From assembly GCA_963810935.1 (NCBI GenBank), contig CAWEPK010000008.1:736001-800000 (forward strand): 64,000 nucleotides of DNA, in the 5' to 3' direction. The DNA is from an uncultured delta proteobacterium. GTDB taxonomy: Bacteria; Desulfobacterota; Syntrophorhabdia; Syntrophorhabdales; WCHB1-27. Each line of letters opens with the position of its first letter. Within the stretch, counting starts at the first letter, position 1. The notes beneath the pieces are model-generated. The model was not told the origin of the DNA and did no database searches. It saw nothing but the letters and a program-made list of their open reading frames with translations. Shown piece by piece: positions 1 to 10,968 of this stretch. The position numbers and the translations under genes were made by a program.

Positions 1-486
1 TACCGGCTTAAAGTGGGCGGCCTGGTTGAACGGCCCATAAGCCTGTCTCTCGCAGAGATCAGGCAGCTCCCGAGTCGCACCCAGACAACTCGGCACGATT
101 GTGTCGAAGGATGGAGCGCCATAGGCAAATGGAAGGGCGCGCGCCTGGGCGCATTGCTCGAAAAAGCGCATCTGAAGCCCAATGCCCGTTACGTGGTTTT
201 CTACTGTGCGGACCCGATGGAAGAAGACGGCAGCTCTTTCTATTACGAGAGCATAGACCTTGAAGATGCTTTCCACCCGCAGACGATACTCGCATACGAC
301 CTTAACGACAAGCCGTTGCCCGTTGAAAACGGGGCGCCCCTGCGCTTGCGATTGGAGCGGCAGCTCGGCTACAAAATGGCCAAGTACGTCATGGCCGTTG
401 AATGCGTGGAAGACCTTTCCCGCATAGCCGGGGGTAAGGGCGGCTATTGGGAAGACCAGGGATATGACTGGTACGCCGGCATATAG
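1..486 (+). CDS. Molybdopterin-dependent oxidoreductase, sulfite oxidase/MsrP(YedY)-like; 5' partial
   Basis: Motifs HDCVEGWS and NGAPLRLRLERQLGYKMAK, C-terminal GGYWED; frame is open from base 1. Confidence 0.85.
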   Translation, partial: YRLKVGGLVERPISLSLAEIRQLPSRTQTTRHDCVEGWSAIGKWKGARLGALLEKAHLKPNARYVVFYCADPMEEDGSSFYYESIDLEDAFHPQTILAYDLNDKPLPVENGAPLRLRLERQLGYKMAKYVMAVECVEDLSRIAGGKGGYWEDQGYDWYAGI

Positions 487-552
487 ACTGTATAAGGCAT
501 CCGGGAGCCGGGGAGTCATCGTTAATGGGCGCAGCCGACGCCCGGCGCCCTG

Positions 553-1053
553 TCACTTCGCCGGCGTGCCCAACTCGTTCAGGATCTCGCCCATGTGGTC
601 GATGTGAAACTGGATATGGAACTGGCCGAGTCCTCCTATCATTGCTTCCAGAGTGGGGTACTCCCCGAGCGGCGTCTCCTTGAGCATCGGTACATGGGCC
701 TTGCGGTCGAGCTGTTCCGGCGATAAGCCCGCAGCAAAGCCCGCGATGCCGGCGTATTCCTTTTCGACCTCCGAAAGAAGCTCGGCAAAAGTCATCCCGG
801 CGCGCTTCCCGGAAAAGAATGCATTCCCCGGCTCCATACCCACGGGAATATCCCCTTTCAAAAACCCCTGGAGGAACGGTAAGTGACCTGACCCTTCCGG
901 TCCGCACAGATGGGAAAGGATCTCCTTCGGCGACCACCGCCCGGCAGGTGCGCGCGAAGCCGTTTCCTCATCGAGCCCTTCGCATAACTTTTTTAATTCC
1001 CTGATCTTCCGGCCGATCCCTTCGGCCAGCTCCTTCCCTGTAGCGGTCGCCAT
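553..1053 (-). CDS. DinB/YfiT-like protein
   Basis: [10 protein letters not shown] and C-terminal H-x3-H (HIQFH) metal motif; AGGAGG RBS. Confidence 0.75.
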   Translation of the reverse strand: MATATGKELAEGIGRKIRELKKLCEGLDEETASRAPAGRWSPKEILSHLCGPEGSGHLPFLQGFLKGDIPVGMEPGNAFFSGKRAGMTFAELLSEVEKEYAGIAGFAAGLSPEQLDRKAHVPMLKETPLGEYPTLEAMIGGLGQFHIQFHIDHMGEILNELGTPAK

Positions 1054-1074
1054 TTCATTGCCTCCTTGTGCTCT

Positions 1075-1500
1075 TTACGCAGACTTTGCGACCCCGCCGG
1101 CAAGCCGCCTCGAGATCGCTTTTGTCAGGCCTTTTCTGTCCTTCCGTATTTCTCTCGCAAGCATGCGGGCACGCTCCGTGATTTCATAATACTTGTCGCC
1201 CCACAGGACCATCTCGAACAGGACAGGCATCAAATCGAGCCCCTTGGGGGTCAGCTCGTAAAGGTTCTTCACCTTGTTGCCGGGAAAGGCCTTTTTTTCG
1301 ACTATACCGGTCTCTTCAAGAACGGTAAGGCGGTCCGCAAGGACGTTGGTCGCTATCTTTTCGGGCGATTGCAGGAATTCACCGTACGTCCTCTTTCCGC
1401 CGAGCATCAGGTCCCTTATTACAAGCAAAGTCCACTTATCGCCCAAAATATCGAGGGTGATGCTGATAGGGCACGTCGATCTCCCGGCTACCTTCTTCAT
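1075..1500 (-). CDS. HxlR-family winged-helix regulator
   Basis: CPISITLDILGDKWTLLVIRDL...YELTPKG signature. Confidence 0.9.
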   Translation of the reverse strand: MKKVAGRSTCPISITLDILGDKWTLLVIRDLMLGGKRTYGEFLQSPEKIATNVLADRLTVLEETGIVEKKAFPGNKVKNLYELTPKGLDLMPVLFEMVLWGDKYYEITERARMLAREIRKDRKGLTKAISRRLAGGVAKSA

Positions 1501-1521
1501 AAGTAACAAGATATACACAAT

Positions 1522-1570
1522 ACTTGCATAATGCAAGTGGATGTTTTATACTACTTTCAAATCGCAAGTG
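1522..1570. promoter_or_regulatory. Putative HxlR operator pair in the divergent promoter
   Basis: Perfect palindrome ACTTGCA-TAA-TGCAAGT (1522-1538) plus degenerate copy TACTTTCAAATCGCAAGTG (1552-1570). Confidence 0.55.
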
Positions 1571-1609
1571 ATGCGGTAAAGGACTCATCCATCGGGAGGA
1601 CGCACGATC

Positions 1610-2644
1610 ATGGAGAATCAAATACGCGAAAAGGCTCTGGAGCTGGGATATGAAGACTGCGGCATTATAAAAGCCGGCGCGCTGGTGGGCTACAGGGAGA
1701 AGCTGGAGGAGCGCATCTCGCGGGTGCCCACGGACGAAAAGACGTTCGGCCGCTTCAGGGGCTATGCAAACCCATCGGCGGATAATCCCGATATAAGGTC
1801 GATCGTAGTCGCCATCGTACCTACTTACAAGTACAATGTACCGGGCGAGTTCGAAGGCGTATACGGCAAAAGCTTCATGTTCGACAACAGGACCGACGAA
1901 AAAGCGCCGTTTTTCCGCAAACGGGACGAATTCTCCGCATTCCTCCGAAGCTTCGGCCTCAAGTGCACGGTGGGCGAGGCCCACGGGATCCCGGCGCCTG
2001 CACGCTGGGCGGCGTATAAGGCGGGGCTTGGCATCATCCGCCGGAATAATTTCTTCTACACGGGGAACGGGTCGCACGTTCGCATCGAGATGTTCGCCAT
2101 AGACCGGGAGCTTGAGCTTGTCCGCGACGTAAAGCTCAAAGAGTGCCCTGAGAAATGCGGTAAATGCATCGAAGCCTGTCCGACCCACACCTTGAGCGCG
2201 CCTTACACCATGTCGATGCTACGGTGCGTCACATTCCAAACCAGCCTATCGCCGAATGCAGGGATGGGCGTACCTTCTTTCGAAATGGCGGAGCAGATAG
2301 GCGGAAGATTGTACGGCTGCGACGCGTGCCAGGATGCATGTCCTTTCAACAAGGGCAAATGGACGGGCGGCGAGGAGTTTCCGGGGCTGGCTGCGCTCGC
2401 CCCGTCAATGCGTCCGGAAAATATCATGGCGGCAGGGTACGACGAGATTCAGCGCATGCTGGCTCCCAAATACTGGTACATAAAACCGGAGGACCTCTGG
2501 AAATGGAAGCTGAACGCGCTGACCGTTATGATGAACGGTTACAGCGGGAAATACGAGGTGCCGATAAAGCTGGGGCTCTCGGACACCAACCAGAACGTGC
2601 GCGACTTCGCGCGCGCCGCCTGCTCGAAGCTGGGAATATCGTAA
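1610..2644 (+). CDS. QueG-like (epoxyqueuosine reductase family) 2x[4Fe-4S] protein
   Basis: AYKAGLG..RRNN, CPEKCGKCIEACPT and GCDACQDACPFN motifs. Confidence 0.75.
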   Translation: MENQIREKALELGYEDCGIIKAGALVGYREKLEERISRVPTDEKTFGRFRGYANPSADNPDIRSIVVAIVPTYKYNVPGEFEGVYGKSFMFDNRTDEKAPFFRKRDEFSAFLRSFGLKCTVGEAHGIPAPARWAAYKAGLGIIRRNNFFYTGNGSHVRIEMFAIDRELELVRDVKLKECPEKCGKCIEACPTHTLSAPYTMSMLRCVTFQTSLSPNAGMGVPSFEMAEQIGGRLYGCDACQDACPFNKGKWTGGEEFPGLAALAPSMRPENIMAAGYDEIQRMLAPKYWYIKPEDLWKWKLNALTVMMNGYSGKYEVPIKLGLSDTNQNVRDFARAACSKLGIS

Positions 2645-2786
2645 TATTGCGCGCATAAGGGATGGATCCTTCTTTTCTCGTCCGCTTCCGGGCCCCTTGA
2701 CGCAGCCTTTACCGGTACCTATATAGTATATCTCTGTGAGCACTGGTCCCTAAGCTTTTGTAGCCGGCTCTTCGGAGGTACTGTTC

Positions 2787-5663
2787 ATGGTGCCTCATGG
2801 CGTCCCAGGCAAGCGGTCCGGAAGCAGTCCCAAAAAACCCAGGAGCGGCCGGCTCAACGAAAGGCAAAGCACTCCAATTACCGGGAACCTGAGTGCAGAG
2901 GACCTCTACCGCTCAATCCTCGAAATCTGTCCCGATGCCACTTATAAAAGGAACCTGTCAAAAGATCAGTATGATTATATCAGTCCTGTTATCGAGCAGA
3001 TAACCGGCCTCACGGCGGCAGAGTTCTTTCCCCTTACGCTTGCCGATATCATGGCTCGCATCCATCCCGACGACGTTAATGCCTTCAAGCAATCTATCAA
3101 AGATGCAGCATATACCGGAAAGGAAATTGTCGAATACCGTTTCAAGCATAAGCAGGGAGAATACCGATGGCTTTCCGACCACTTTGTAGTCATAAGAGAC
3201 GACGAAGGCTGGCCCATGCACCTCTTTGGTGCGGTGAGGGACATCACGGAGCGCAAGAATGTCGAGCAGGCATTGCGGGAGAGCGAGGAGAAGTTCAGGA
3301 CGCTCACGCAGGCAACCTTCGAGGGTGTCGCAATTACCGAGAAAGGGAGGGTGATAGACGGCAACGATCAGTTCTTCCGCATGCTCGGATACGGCCCGGA
3401 AGAGATGATCAGCAGGGAAGTGGCCGAGTTTCTGGCGCCCGAGGGTCGTGTCCGTATCATGAACAATATATTGCACGAGCGGGAGGCGATCACAGAGCAT
3501 GTTATGATCAGAAAAGATGGGGGCCGCATCACCGTAGAGGCCCACGGTAAGAACGAGACTTATCGAGGCCGGAGGATGAGGTTTACCGCTGTGCATGACA
3601 TCACCAAGCGCAAATGGATGGAGGAGGCCCTGCGGCAGAGCGAGGAGCAATACCGGACCTTCTTTGAGCTTGGTGCAGTGGGCATGGGCCAGGCAGACCC
3701 GGTGACCGGAAAACTGCTCCAGGTCAACGACCGGTTCTGTGAGGTAACCGGTTACAGCCGGCAGGAGTTGCTGTCGAGGACGGTGGAGGACCTTACCCAT
3801 CCGGAGGACCGGGAAACTGACTGGGCGAAGTTCCAGCGCATGCTGAGGGGGGAAATTGACGAGTACCTGGCAGAAAAGCGGTACGTCCGTAAAGATGGAC
3901 AAGTTATCTGGGTGCTTGTGACAGCCAGAGCCATGCGTGATACCGGCGGCAAACCTATCAGAACGGCGGGCATTCTTATCGACATTACCGAGCGGAAACG
4001 TATGGAGCAGGAACTGCGAAATTCCCACGATGACCTTGAGGCGCGAGTGTTCGAACGAACTGAGGCGCTCCGCCGCCAGACACTGCTGGCCGAGCACGAG
4101 CGCGACAGGCTCATGACTCTTATCGACAGCATGAATGAGGGGGTATGGTTTACCCATACTGACGGTCGCGTCGTGCTTGTCAACTCCGTCGCAAAGGCAC
4201 AGGCTGCGGAAGTGGGGATAGATCCCGACGGCATCCTCCAGTCCCAGTCGTATTCGCTCCTATCTCAGGTGGATATGTTCAGTGCCGATGGGACACCCCT
4301 TCAAATGGAGCAGTTCGTGCGGGTGTTCCAGGGAGAACCGTTTGCCGGCGTGGAAATAGGCCTGCGCAACAGAAAAACCGGGGAGATGTTCTACCGACGG
4401 ATGTCGGCGAACCCCATTCTTGATGAAAAAAAACGGATAGAGGGGGCTATTACAGTCGTACAGGACATCACTGCTTCGAAACGGGCCGAGAAGGAGCAGA
4501 CTCGGCTTGAAGAGCAGCTCCGCCAGGCTACGAAAATGGAGGCCATCGGCACCCTTGCCGGGGGCATTGCCCATGATTTCAACAATATGCTGGCGGTCAT
4601 TATAGGAAATGCTGAAATGGCGCTCGACGACGTCACAGGCAATGCAGAGGCTGCACGGAAGATAGAGCAGATAGTGAAGGCGTCCAAGCGTGCAACGGAC
4701 CTGGTCAAGCAGATACTCGCTTTCAGCAGAAAGACGGAGACCGGCAGAAATCCGATAAACCTGGCGCCTCTCCTCCACGAGACATTAAAATTCCTTCAAG
4801 GCACATTGCCCAGCACCATACGGATGGTACTGAATATTCAGACCGAAAAAGACGCGGTGGTTGCCGACGTCTCTCAGATTCAACAGGTCCTTATGAACCT
4901 GTCCATGAATGCAGCCCATGCCATGCGGGAGAATGGAGGAGTCCTCACTATCGGCATATCCGATGTCGCCGTGAATGAAGACATATTACCCGACTCGGAA
5001 TTGCAGCCGGGAACCTACGTTAAGCTGACGGTGCAGGATACGGGGACCGGCATGACAGAAGAAGTGCGGCAGAGAATATTCGAGCCATTTTTCACGACTA
5101 AGGAAGCTGGCATGGGGACCGGCATGGGGCTCGCCGTCGTCTATGGAATAGTAAAGAGCCACGGAGGCGCTGTTACCGCAAAGAGCGAGCCGGGCAAAGG
5201 CTCTGCTTTCAATGTCTTTCTCCCCTATGCACATACGGGGGCGAAGGAGCAGCAGCAAGAAGAGGGGGACGTTCCCGGCGGCAGTGAGCGTATACTCCTT
5301 GTAGATGACGAGCCCAGTATTGTCGAAACCGTCTCGCTCACCCTGGAGCGGCTCGGCTACCGTGTATCGGGCGCCCGAAGCGGTGCTGAAGCGTGGAAGA
5401 TGTTCTCGGAAGAGCCCACGGGCTTCGATCTCGTTATCACGGACCAGACAATGCCGGACCTTACCGGGATCGAGCTTGCCCAAAAGATGCTGAACGCTAG
5501 AAAAGACCTTCCCATCATTCTTTTTACCGGCTACAGTGAAACAGTCTCGCCGGAGAAGGCAAAATCGATAGGCATCAGCGAGTTTGTTATGAAACCGTTA
5601 TCCAAACAGAAGGCAGCCGAAGCGATAAGGCAGGTGTTGGACAGCCGGGAAAGGACCAAATAG
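2787..5663 (+). CDS. Multi-PAS hybrid sensor histidine kinase with receiver domain
   Basis: Several PAS/PAC repeats (DITERK), GIAHDFNN H-box, [15 protein letters not shown]-terminal LVDDE..DLVITD receiver. Confidence 0.95.
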   Translation: MVPHGVPGKRSGSSPKKPRSGRLNERQSTPITGNLSAEDLYRSILEICPDATYKRNLSKDQYDYISPVIEQITGLTAAEFFPLTLADIMARIHPDDVNAFKQSIKDAAYTGKEIVEYRFKHKQGEYRWLSDHFVVIRDDEGWPMHLFGAVRDITERKNVEQALRESEEKFRTLTQATFEGVAITEKGRVIDGNDQFFRMLGYGPEEMISREVAEFLAPEGRVRIMNNILHEREAITEHVMIRKDGGRITVEAHGKNETYRGRRMRFTAVHDITKRKWMEEALRQSEEQYRTFFELGAVGMGQADPVTGKLLQVNDRFCEVTGYSRQELLSRTVEDLTHPEDRETDWAKFQRMLRGEIDEYLAEKRYVRKDGQVIWVLVTARAMRDTGGKPIRTAGILIDITERKRMEQELRNSHDDLEARVFERTEALRRQTLLAEHERDRLMTLIDSMNEGVWFTHTDGRVVLVNSVAKAQAAEVGIDPDGILQSQSYSLLSQVDMFSADGTPLQMEQFVRVFQGEPFAGVEIGLRNRKTGEMFYRRMSANPILDEKKRIEGAITVVQDITASKRAEKEQTRLEEQLRQATKMEAIGTLAGGIAHDFNNMLAVIIGNAEMALDDVTGNAEAARKIEQIVKASKRATDLVKQILAFSRKTETGRNPINLAPLLHETLKFLQGTLPSTIRMVLNIQTEKDAVVADVSQIQQVLMNLSMNAAHAMRENGGVLTIGISDVAVNEDILPDSELQPGTYVKLTVQDTGTGMTEEVRQRIFEPFFTTKEAGMGTGMGLAVVYGIVKSHGGAVTAKSEPGKGSAFNVFLPYAHTGAKEQQQEEGDVPGGSERILLVDDEPSIVETVSLTLERLGYRVSGARSGAEAWKMFSEEPTGFDLVITDQTMPDLTGIELAQKMLNARKDLPIILFTGYSETVSPEKAKSIGISEFVMKPLSKQKAAEAIRQVLDSRERTK

Positions 5664-5674
5664 AATGACCGCGC

Positions 5675-6793
5675 TTAATCGTGTCGAGCGTAGCCGACCA
5701 GCTCGACATATCCTATCGCCGTGACCGGCCTGCCTGCCGACGTGCCCTGCCCTTTTGCCGCACCTTCCCAGTACGTGAGGCCCGTCGATCCGGTAGTCAC
5801 CAATTCCTGGTCCGCAAAGAGGGGCGCCAGGAAGATGTCGATCCCTTCCGATGCGATCCGCAGCCGCCACCGGGCCGGATAGGTCGCCCCGCTCTTGGTG
5901 CTTTTCCAGCGGTCGAGGACATCGACCTTTACGTCGGGCAACGGGACGTGGCGGCCGTGTCCGCCTGCGTCGACGAGCGTGCCGGAGGAGGCGGGCTCGA
6001 TGGTGCCGTCCTTGCGCCGCAAGACATAGATCATCAAGTCGCGGCCGTCAGAAAGGTGCAGGCCGAACCAATCCCAGCCCGCCTGCGCTGCACTCAACTG
6101 GTTCGAGCCGAACTCATGGTCGAACCAGCTCACCCCCTGCAACGCACGCGCCTCACCGCCGCCTACGCTCACAGACCCGGAGGTCTTAAGGCCCGTGCAG
6201 GATGCGTAATATGAGGCCTCACCGGGCATCGCCCCTTTCTTGCTTACACCCTTTTCCCCATTTATGACCGGCGGCTTCTGGAAGGCAAGGCGCAGGTCGA
6301 GGGCCGTACGGTCCGATTTGGCGCGAAGGCGGATCACCCCGTTCTCCATGCGGGCGGACCAGCCGAGGAGATTGACGTCGAGCCGCTCCGTCGCCGCATC
6401 CGCGAGGCCGGGGCCTTTGCGCGACGTACGCTCGTCGAAGAGGAAGCGGCCTGCCGCAACGTCCGTTACGGTGAAATGGGCAAGGTAGACATCCCGCAGG
6501 GACCACGCATTCGCGCCTGTACCCGGCGCAAAGCGCACACCGTGCCTGAAGAACGTAAGCTCGTAGCCGTAGGCGTGTCCCGCGTCGTCCGTCAGGTTGC
6601 CGGTGAAGTACCACCATTCGGTTTTGTAGGCCGGGTGCGACCCGTGGTCCCTCGGAAAAGACCACTGCCTCGGGGCAAGCACCTGCCGCCATGCCGAATC
6701 TTCGGCCGGCATGTCGGCCCGCACCGATGCGGCCACTGCTATTAACGCGAGCGCACATGCCAGAGCCATGACCTGCCGCCGCATCCCTCCCAT
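5675..6793 (-). CDS. AttH/CrtC-like lipocalin-domain protein, secreted
   Basis: FPRDHGSHP..TEWWYFTG, SWFDHEFG, GWDWF, YWEGA motifs; signal peptide; start overlaps the upstream stop. Confidence 0.85.
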   Translation of the reverse strand: MGGMRRQVMALACALALIAVAASVRADMPAEDSAWRQVLAPRQWSFPRDHGSHPAYKTEWWYFTGNLTDDAGHAYGYELTFFRHGVRFAPGTGANAWSLRDVYLAHFTVTDVAAGRFLFDERTSRKGPGLADAATERLDVNLLGWSARMENGVIRLRAKSDRTALDLRLAFQKPPVINGEKGVSKKGAMPGEASYYASCTGLKTSGSVSVGGGEARALQGVSWFDHEFGSNQLSAAQAGWDWFGLHLSDGRDLMIYVLRRKDGTIEPASSGTLVDAGGHGRHVPLPDVKVDVLDRWKSTKSGATYPARWRLRIASEGIDIFLAPLFADQELVTTGSTGLTYWEGAAKGQGTSAGRPVTAIGYVELVGYARHD

Positions 6794-9291
6794 CACTCCT
6801 CCCTCAGTTGCATGTGCGGATACGTGCGCAGCACCTTCCAGACAGGATAAAGAGCGGCGGCGAAGCTCGCGAGCAGCGCCGTGGCGGCGGCGGTCAGGTA
6901 CGGACCCCATTCGGGGTAAATGAATATAGTCCAGTTGAAGCTCTGAAGGTTGATCACCTTTATCAGTATCACCGCGAGGAGTGTGCCCGTGACTGCCGCG
7001 AGGCCCAGGCTGACTACGCCCATCGCGAGCCCTTCGAGGAGCGTCATAGCAGCCACCTGGCCGACGGAAAAACCCAATGCGCGCAGGATGCCGAATTCGC
7101 GCTGCCTCTCGACGAAGAGCGTCAGCAGCGCGCCGGCTACGCCAAAGAAGGCAACTACGATAGCAAGCATCCGCATCGAGCGCGTAACTGCGAAGGTCGA
7201 GTCGAATACGGCGAGAATCCTCCCGTGCATCTCGTCGCGGCTGAACGCGGGCAGACCTGCCGCTACGGACCTCCTCCGCACGTCATCGAGGATGCGCGTT
7301 CTATCCGGGTTTGCCGGGTCTATGAAGACGCCCAGGCTGTTCACGGTGCTGTCGCCGAAGGCGGCCGCGTACGTGGACCAGTCCATCATGACCAGGCCGT
7401 GCTCGGTAGTATAGTCGTAAAAGACGGCGGCGATCTTCAGCCGCACGGGCCCTGCCCTGCCGGGCAGCTCGATCGTATCGCCGGGGGCTACTTTAAAGCC
7501 CCTGCAAAAGCTCTCCGAGACCGCCACCTCGCCGCGCTTCACCGGGTCCCAGTTCTCGTTGCCCCCTTTGAGCCAGCCGAAGTGCGTGAAGCGCTGGAGG
7601 ACCGCCGACCGGACGGCAGCCACGGTTATCACTGCGCCGCGGTACGTGACCGGCGCGTTCCTATACGGGTCGATACCGGCGACCCCTGGTACTGAGTCGA
7701 CCTCACGGCAAAAGCTTTGCGGCACCTCGATGCCTTCGGAAGTACTGCCGACATAGAGGTCCGCCTGGAGCTGCGTATCCATCCACCAGATAAGCGACTG
7801 CCTGAAGCTGCCGATCATCGAGCCGAGGCCGACGGACATGGAGAGGGCCACCATGAAGGCGGCGATGGCGACTGCCGAGCGCCCGAGGTTCTGCCTTATC
7901 GTACCTGCCGCCATGCGCCCCGCGATGCCGCCTACAACGCCGAATGCCGCTTGCAGCGCCGGGCCTATCCGCACGAGCACGGCGCCCATCATGAGGCTTG
8001 CCGCGAAAAGGAAAGTGAACGCCGATGCGAAGCCAACGTAGACGTGCATGGGCGACAGGAGAAGCAGAACGGCAGTCAGGCCGAGGACTGCAAGGCCGAT
8101 TGTCGCAACCCGCTGCACAGCCGCGGCAGCCTTCCTTGTTGCGGTCTTGGGCTGCATGATGCGGACCGGATCGAGGTGCGAAAGCTCCATTAGCGGAAAG
8201 AGGCTCCCAGCAAGGCTTGCGGCGACCCCGAAGAGTGCACCCCAGCCGAGGGTCGCCCAGGACCACGGAAGGGGGACAGGCTCGAGGAAGAAATAAAGGT
8301 TGGTAACGGTGAGTCCGACGAGGCCGGTGAGTACGCGGCTCAAGAGGTAACCGCCCACGCCGCCCAGGGCCCCTCCGACGATGCCGAAGATGAGCATCTC
8401 CGTAAGGAACGCGCGGGCCACCTCCCCCCTTCTCGCCCCCACGCACAGCAGGATCGCCGCGTCTCTCCTGCGGCTCGCGACAGCGAAGGTCGCGGTATTG
8501 TAAATGAGGAAGACGCCGACAAAAAGCGCGATAAGCGAGAGGGCCTGGAGGTTGAGCCGGAAGGCGCGCAGCATCCCGGCGTAAAGCTGCTCCCTTTGCC
8601 GTACGGACTGCGACCGGAAGCCGTTCTGCCACGCAGACAGGAACGCCGCCTCGTCGCCGACTATCAGGTCTACCCGGTCGATCCGCCCGTCAAGGCCGAA
8701 AATCCGCTGGGCATTGCCTATGTCGATGACGAGAAGCGGCTCGGGCGACAGGGTCGGAAAAGTTGAGAGGAGCTTGAATTCCCCCCGCGATGTTTTGACC
8801 GTATCGCCCGCGGACAGGTGCAGGCGCGCAGCGGTGTTCGCATCCATGAGGACCGTGCGCTCGTCCAGCAGGAATGATGACTGCCGGTCCGTCTCCGTGC
8901 GTATATCGCGCCCGTCTGCGGGACGCGGTGCGAGCATGTGCGGCCTTATTGCCCTGTCGAGGAATGGGTCGATGCCGAGGAGCCGCACGGGCTCCCCATT
9001 GTCGAAGCGCATCTTCCGGTCGATGACGGGAGCAAAGGAACGGACGGACCCGTCTTCCGCAAGGCGCGCCAGGACCCGCTCGTCGAGGGGCCCGGCGACC
9101 GATTCAAGGGAGTGGGTCGCCCGGCCGTTAAGATACTCAATGGCTGCAGAAAAGCTGACCATCGCGGCGCGCGCGGAAAAGATCATGCCGATGGCTGCGG
9201 CAACGCCGCACGTGATACCTGCGATATGTAGCAGGCTCAACGAGCGCCTCCGCGGCAGGTAGCGCAGGAAAGCCTTTGTGACCGTCTTCAA
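6793..9291 (-). CDS. FtsX-like ABC transporter permease (AttF/G-like)
   Basis: Two FtsX/MacB halves (RRRDAAIL..VGA; ERQREFGILRALG); TTG start overlaps the ATPase stop. Confidence 0.85.
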   Translation of the reverse strand: MKTVTKAFLRYLPRRRSLSLLHIAGITCGVAAAIGMIFSARAAMVSFSAAIEYLNGRATHSLESVAGPLDERVLARLAEDGSVRSFAPVIDRKMRFDNGEPVRLLGIDPFLDRAIRPHMLAPRPADGRDIRTETDRQSSFLLDERTVLMDANTAARLHLSAGDTVKTSRGEFKLLSTFPTLSPEPLLVIDIGNAQRIFGLDGRIDRVDLIVGDEAAFLSAWQNGFRSQSVRQREQLYAGMLRAFRLNLQALSLIALFVGVFLIYNTATFAVASRRRDAAILLCVGARRGEVARAFLTEMLIFGIVGGALGGVGGYLLSRVLTGLVGLTVTNLYFFLEPVPLPWSWATLGWGALFGVAASLAGSLFPLMELSHLDPVRIMQPKTATRKAAAAVQRVATIGLAVLGLTAVLLLLSPMHVYVGFASAFTFLFAASLMMGAVLVRIGPALQAAFGVVGGIAGRMAAGTIRQNLGRSAVAIAAFMVALSMSVGLGSMIGSFRQSLIWWMDTQLQADLYVGSTSEGIEVPQSFCREVDSVPGVAGIDPYRNAPVTYRGAVITVAAVRSAVLQRFTHFGWLKGGNENWDPVKRGEVAVSESFCRGFKVAPGDTIELPGRAGPVRLKIAAVFYDYTTEHGLVMMDWSTYAAAFGDSTVNSLGVFIDPANPDRTRILDDVRRRSVAAGLPAFSRDEMHGRILAVFDSTFAVTRSMRMLAIVVAFFGVAGALLTLFVERQREFGILRALGFSVGQVAAMTLLEGLAMGVVSLGLAAVTGTLLAVILIKVINLQSFNWTIFIYPEWGPYLTAAATALLASFAAALYPVWKVLRTYPHMQLREE

Positions 9292-10052
9292 GGCGCGGCC
9301 CTGTCGCCTGGCGATACGGGCGCGGCCTCGACGATGGCGCCGTCCTCCATGCGCATTATGCGGTCTGCGTACCGGCCCGTCGCGGGACTGTGGCTCGCCA
9401 TGATGAGGGTCGTGCCGGATGCGCGGCAACGGCCTTGTAAAAGCTCAAGTACCTGCTCACCCGTCCTGCTGTCGAGGTTGCCTGTAGGCTCGTCCGCCAG
9501 AATAATGGCCGGTGCCTTGACTATCGCCCGCGCTATGGCAACCCTCTGCTGCTCCCCGCCGGACAGCTCGTGGGGATAGCGCGCCTCTTTGCCCTGAAGT
9601 CCTACGTCCGCAAGGGCGGCAACAGCCCGGCCCGCTTCGGGTAACCCTGCAAGCTCAAGCGATAGATAGACGTTCTCGAAAGCAGTCAGGGTCGGCAGGA
9701 GGTTGAAAAACTGGAAAACGAAGCCGAGGCGCATGCGGCGCAAGCGCACGAGGCCCGCCTCGCCCATTGCGGCAAGGTCGGTCCCGTCCACTTCGATGAT
9801 GCCGCTTGTCGGCCGGTCGAGCCCGGCGAGGAGGTTCAAAAGCGTCGTCTTTCCCGATCCGCTCTTACCGAAGAGGGCGACGATCTCTCCCGCAGCGACT
9901 TCCATACCCGCCCCACGCACGGCGTTGACCTCTTCACGCCCGTCCTGGACGTACCGCTTCCAGACATCGACGACCCGGATAGCGGGCCCCGGGTGCGGGC
10001 CTTGAGCGCGTAGGATAGGCGAGACTAAAGGGGCGTTCGGCACGGACTGCAT
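9288..10052 (-). CDS. ABC transporter ATP-binding protein (LolD/AttE-like)
   Basis: GKSGSGKT, LSGGEQQRV, ILADEPTGNLD. Confidence 0.95.
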   Translation of the reverse strand: MQSVPNAPLVSPILRAQGPHPGPAIRVVDVWKRYVQDGREEVNAVRGAGMEVAAGEIVALFGKSGSGKTTLLNLLAGLDRPTSGIIEVDGTDLAAMGEAGLVRLRRMRLGFVFQFFNLLPTLTAFENVYLSLELAGLPEAGRAVAALADVGLQGKEARYPHELSGGEQQRVAIARAIVKAPAIILADEPTGNLDSRTGEQVLELLQGRCRASGTTLIMASHSPATGRYADRIMRMEDGAIVEAAPVSPGDRAAP

Positions 10053-10059
10053 TACCTTT

Positions 10060-10134
10060 CAATTATTGGGGCTCGCGTCGCCCCCTCCCGCAGCAAAGCT
10101 GCCGGAGCCTCCCCTTCATAAAAAGGAAGAGGCA
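10060..10134 (+). repeat. REP-like hairpin repeat, copy A (partial variant follows at 10150-10200)
   Basis: CAATTATTGGGGC-N7-GCCCC-CTCC..CAAAG..GGAG..TCATAAAAAGGAAG, shared with other copies. Confidence 0.8.
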
Positions 10135-10277
10135 TTCTAACGCATACCAGTTATTGGGGCTCGCGTCGCCCCCGGTTACCTATGTGCCGGGGGCGCGTCG
10201 TCTGCATAGTATAGGTGTTTTTGCCCCGCCGGTAAAGCGACGGTAGAAAGCGCGAAAGACGCGCCCGAAAGAGCGCG

Positions 10278-10658
10278 TCAGCGCCGCCAGTTGGGAAAAG
10301 CTGGGGGCGCCGCGCCTGCGGAAGGATTATAGGGCATGCCTGCGCTCGTGTTGGGGTCAACCTGTGTGCGTGTGCCGGTGTAGACCTCGAAGGCCTCGCC
10401 GGACGGGACCTGCGGCTTTTCCTGCGCAAGGTTGCCTCGGGGCGGCAAAGCAGAAAACGGGCTTACCGGCCCGGCCTTTTCCGCCTCCAGCCTTTCTGTG
10501 CGCCCTTCGCCCCAGGTCTCGGGAGGACCGGCCGGGAGGGGATAATCGTCCTGCGCCCCTGCGGGCGCCGCGCAGACAGCGAAACAGGCGAAAGCCAGGG
10601 CAGGGAAAAGAAGATGCACGGGGAGGAGGCTGCGTCTCTTCGCTCTTTTGACTCTCAT
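10278..10658 (-). CDS. Hypothetical secreted Pro-rich protein
   Basis: Signal peptide ending AGA-Q; GAGGG RBS. Confidence 0.5.
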   Translation of the reverse strand: MRVKRAKRRSLLPVHLLFPALAFACFAVCAAPAGAQDDYPLPAGPPETWGEGRTERLEAEKAGPVSPFSALPPRGNLAQEKPQVPSGEAFEVYTGTRTQVDPNTSAGMPYNPSAGAAPPAFPNWRR

Positions 10659-10908
10659 GTGTTTTGTGCCCTCTAACCAACTATATAGCCGCATGCAGCA
10701 GACGGCAAGGGCTCGAGGCGCACCCCGCGCCTGCATATCCTTCCGAGAGGAGGAGAATGGCGACATATCCGGAGGCCGTAATTATTATTTAACTGTAAAG
10801 CTACCCTGCAAAGCGTAAAGGCATCTTTACGATGCGGTGCGACCAATGCGGCGGACGGATAGGTGGCCTTACCCTGTTCAGCGCGTCAAAAGCGCGTTTG
10901 CGGGCGGG

Positions 10909-10937
10909 TTGAATCGCTTGTGTTAAGTTGGTATACT
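10909..10937 (+). promoter_or_regulatory. Sigma70-like promoter of the RHH-PilZ gene
   Basis: TTGAAT-17 bp-TATACT, followed by a GAGG RBS. Confidence 0.55.
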
Positions 10938-10968
10938 TTTTGCTACATCTTTGTTAGAGGTACACACC

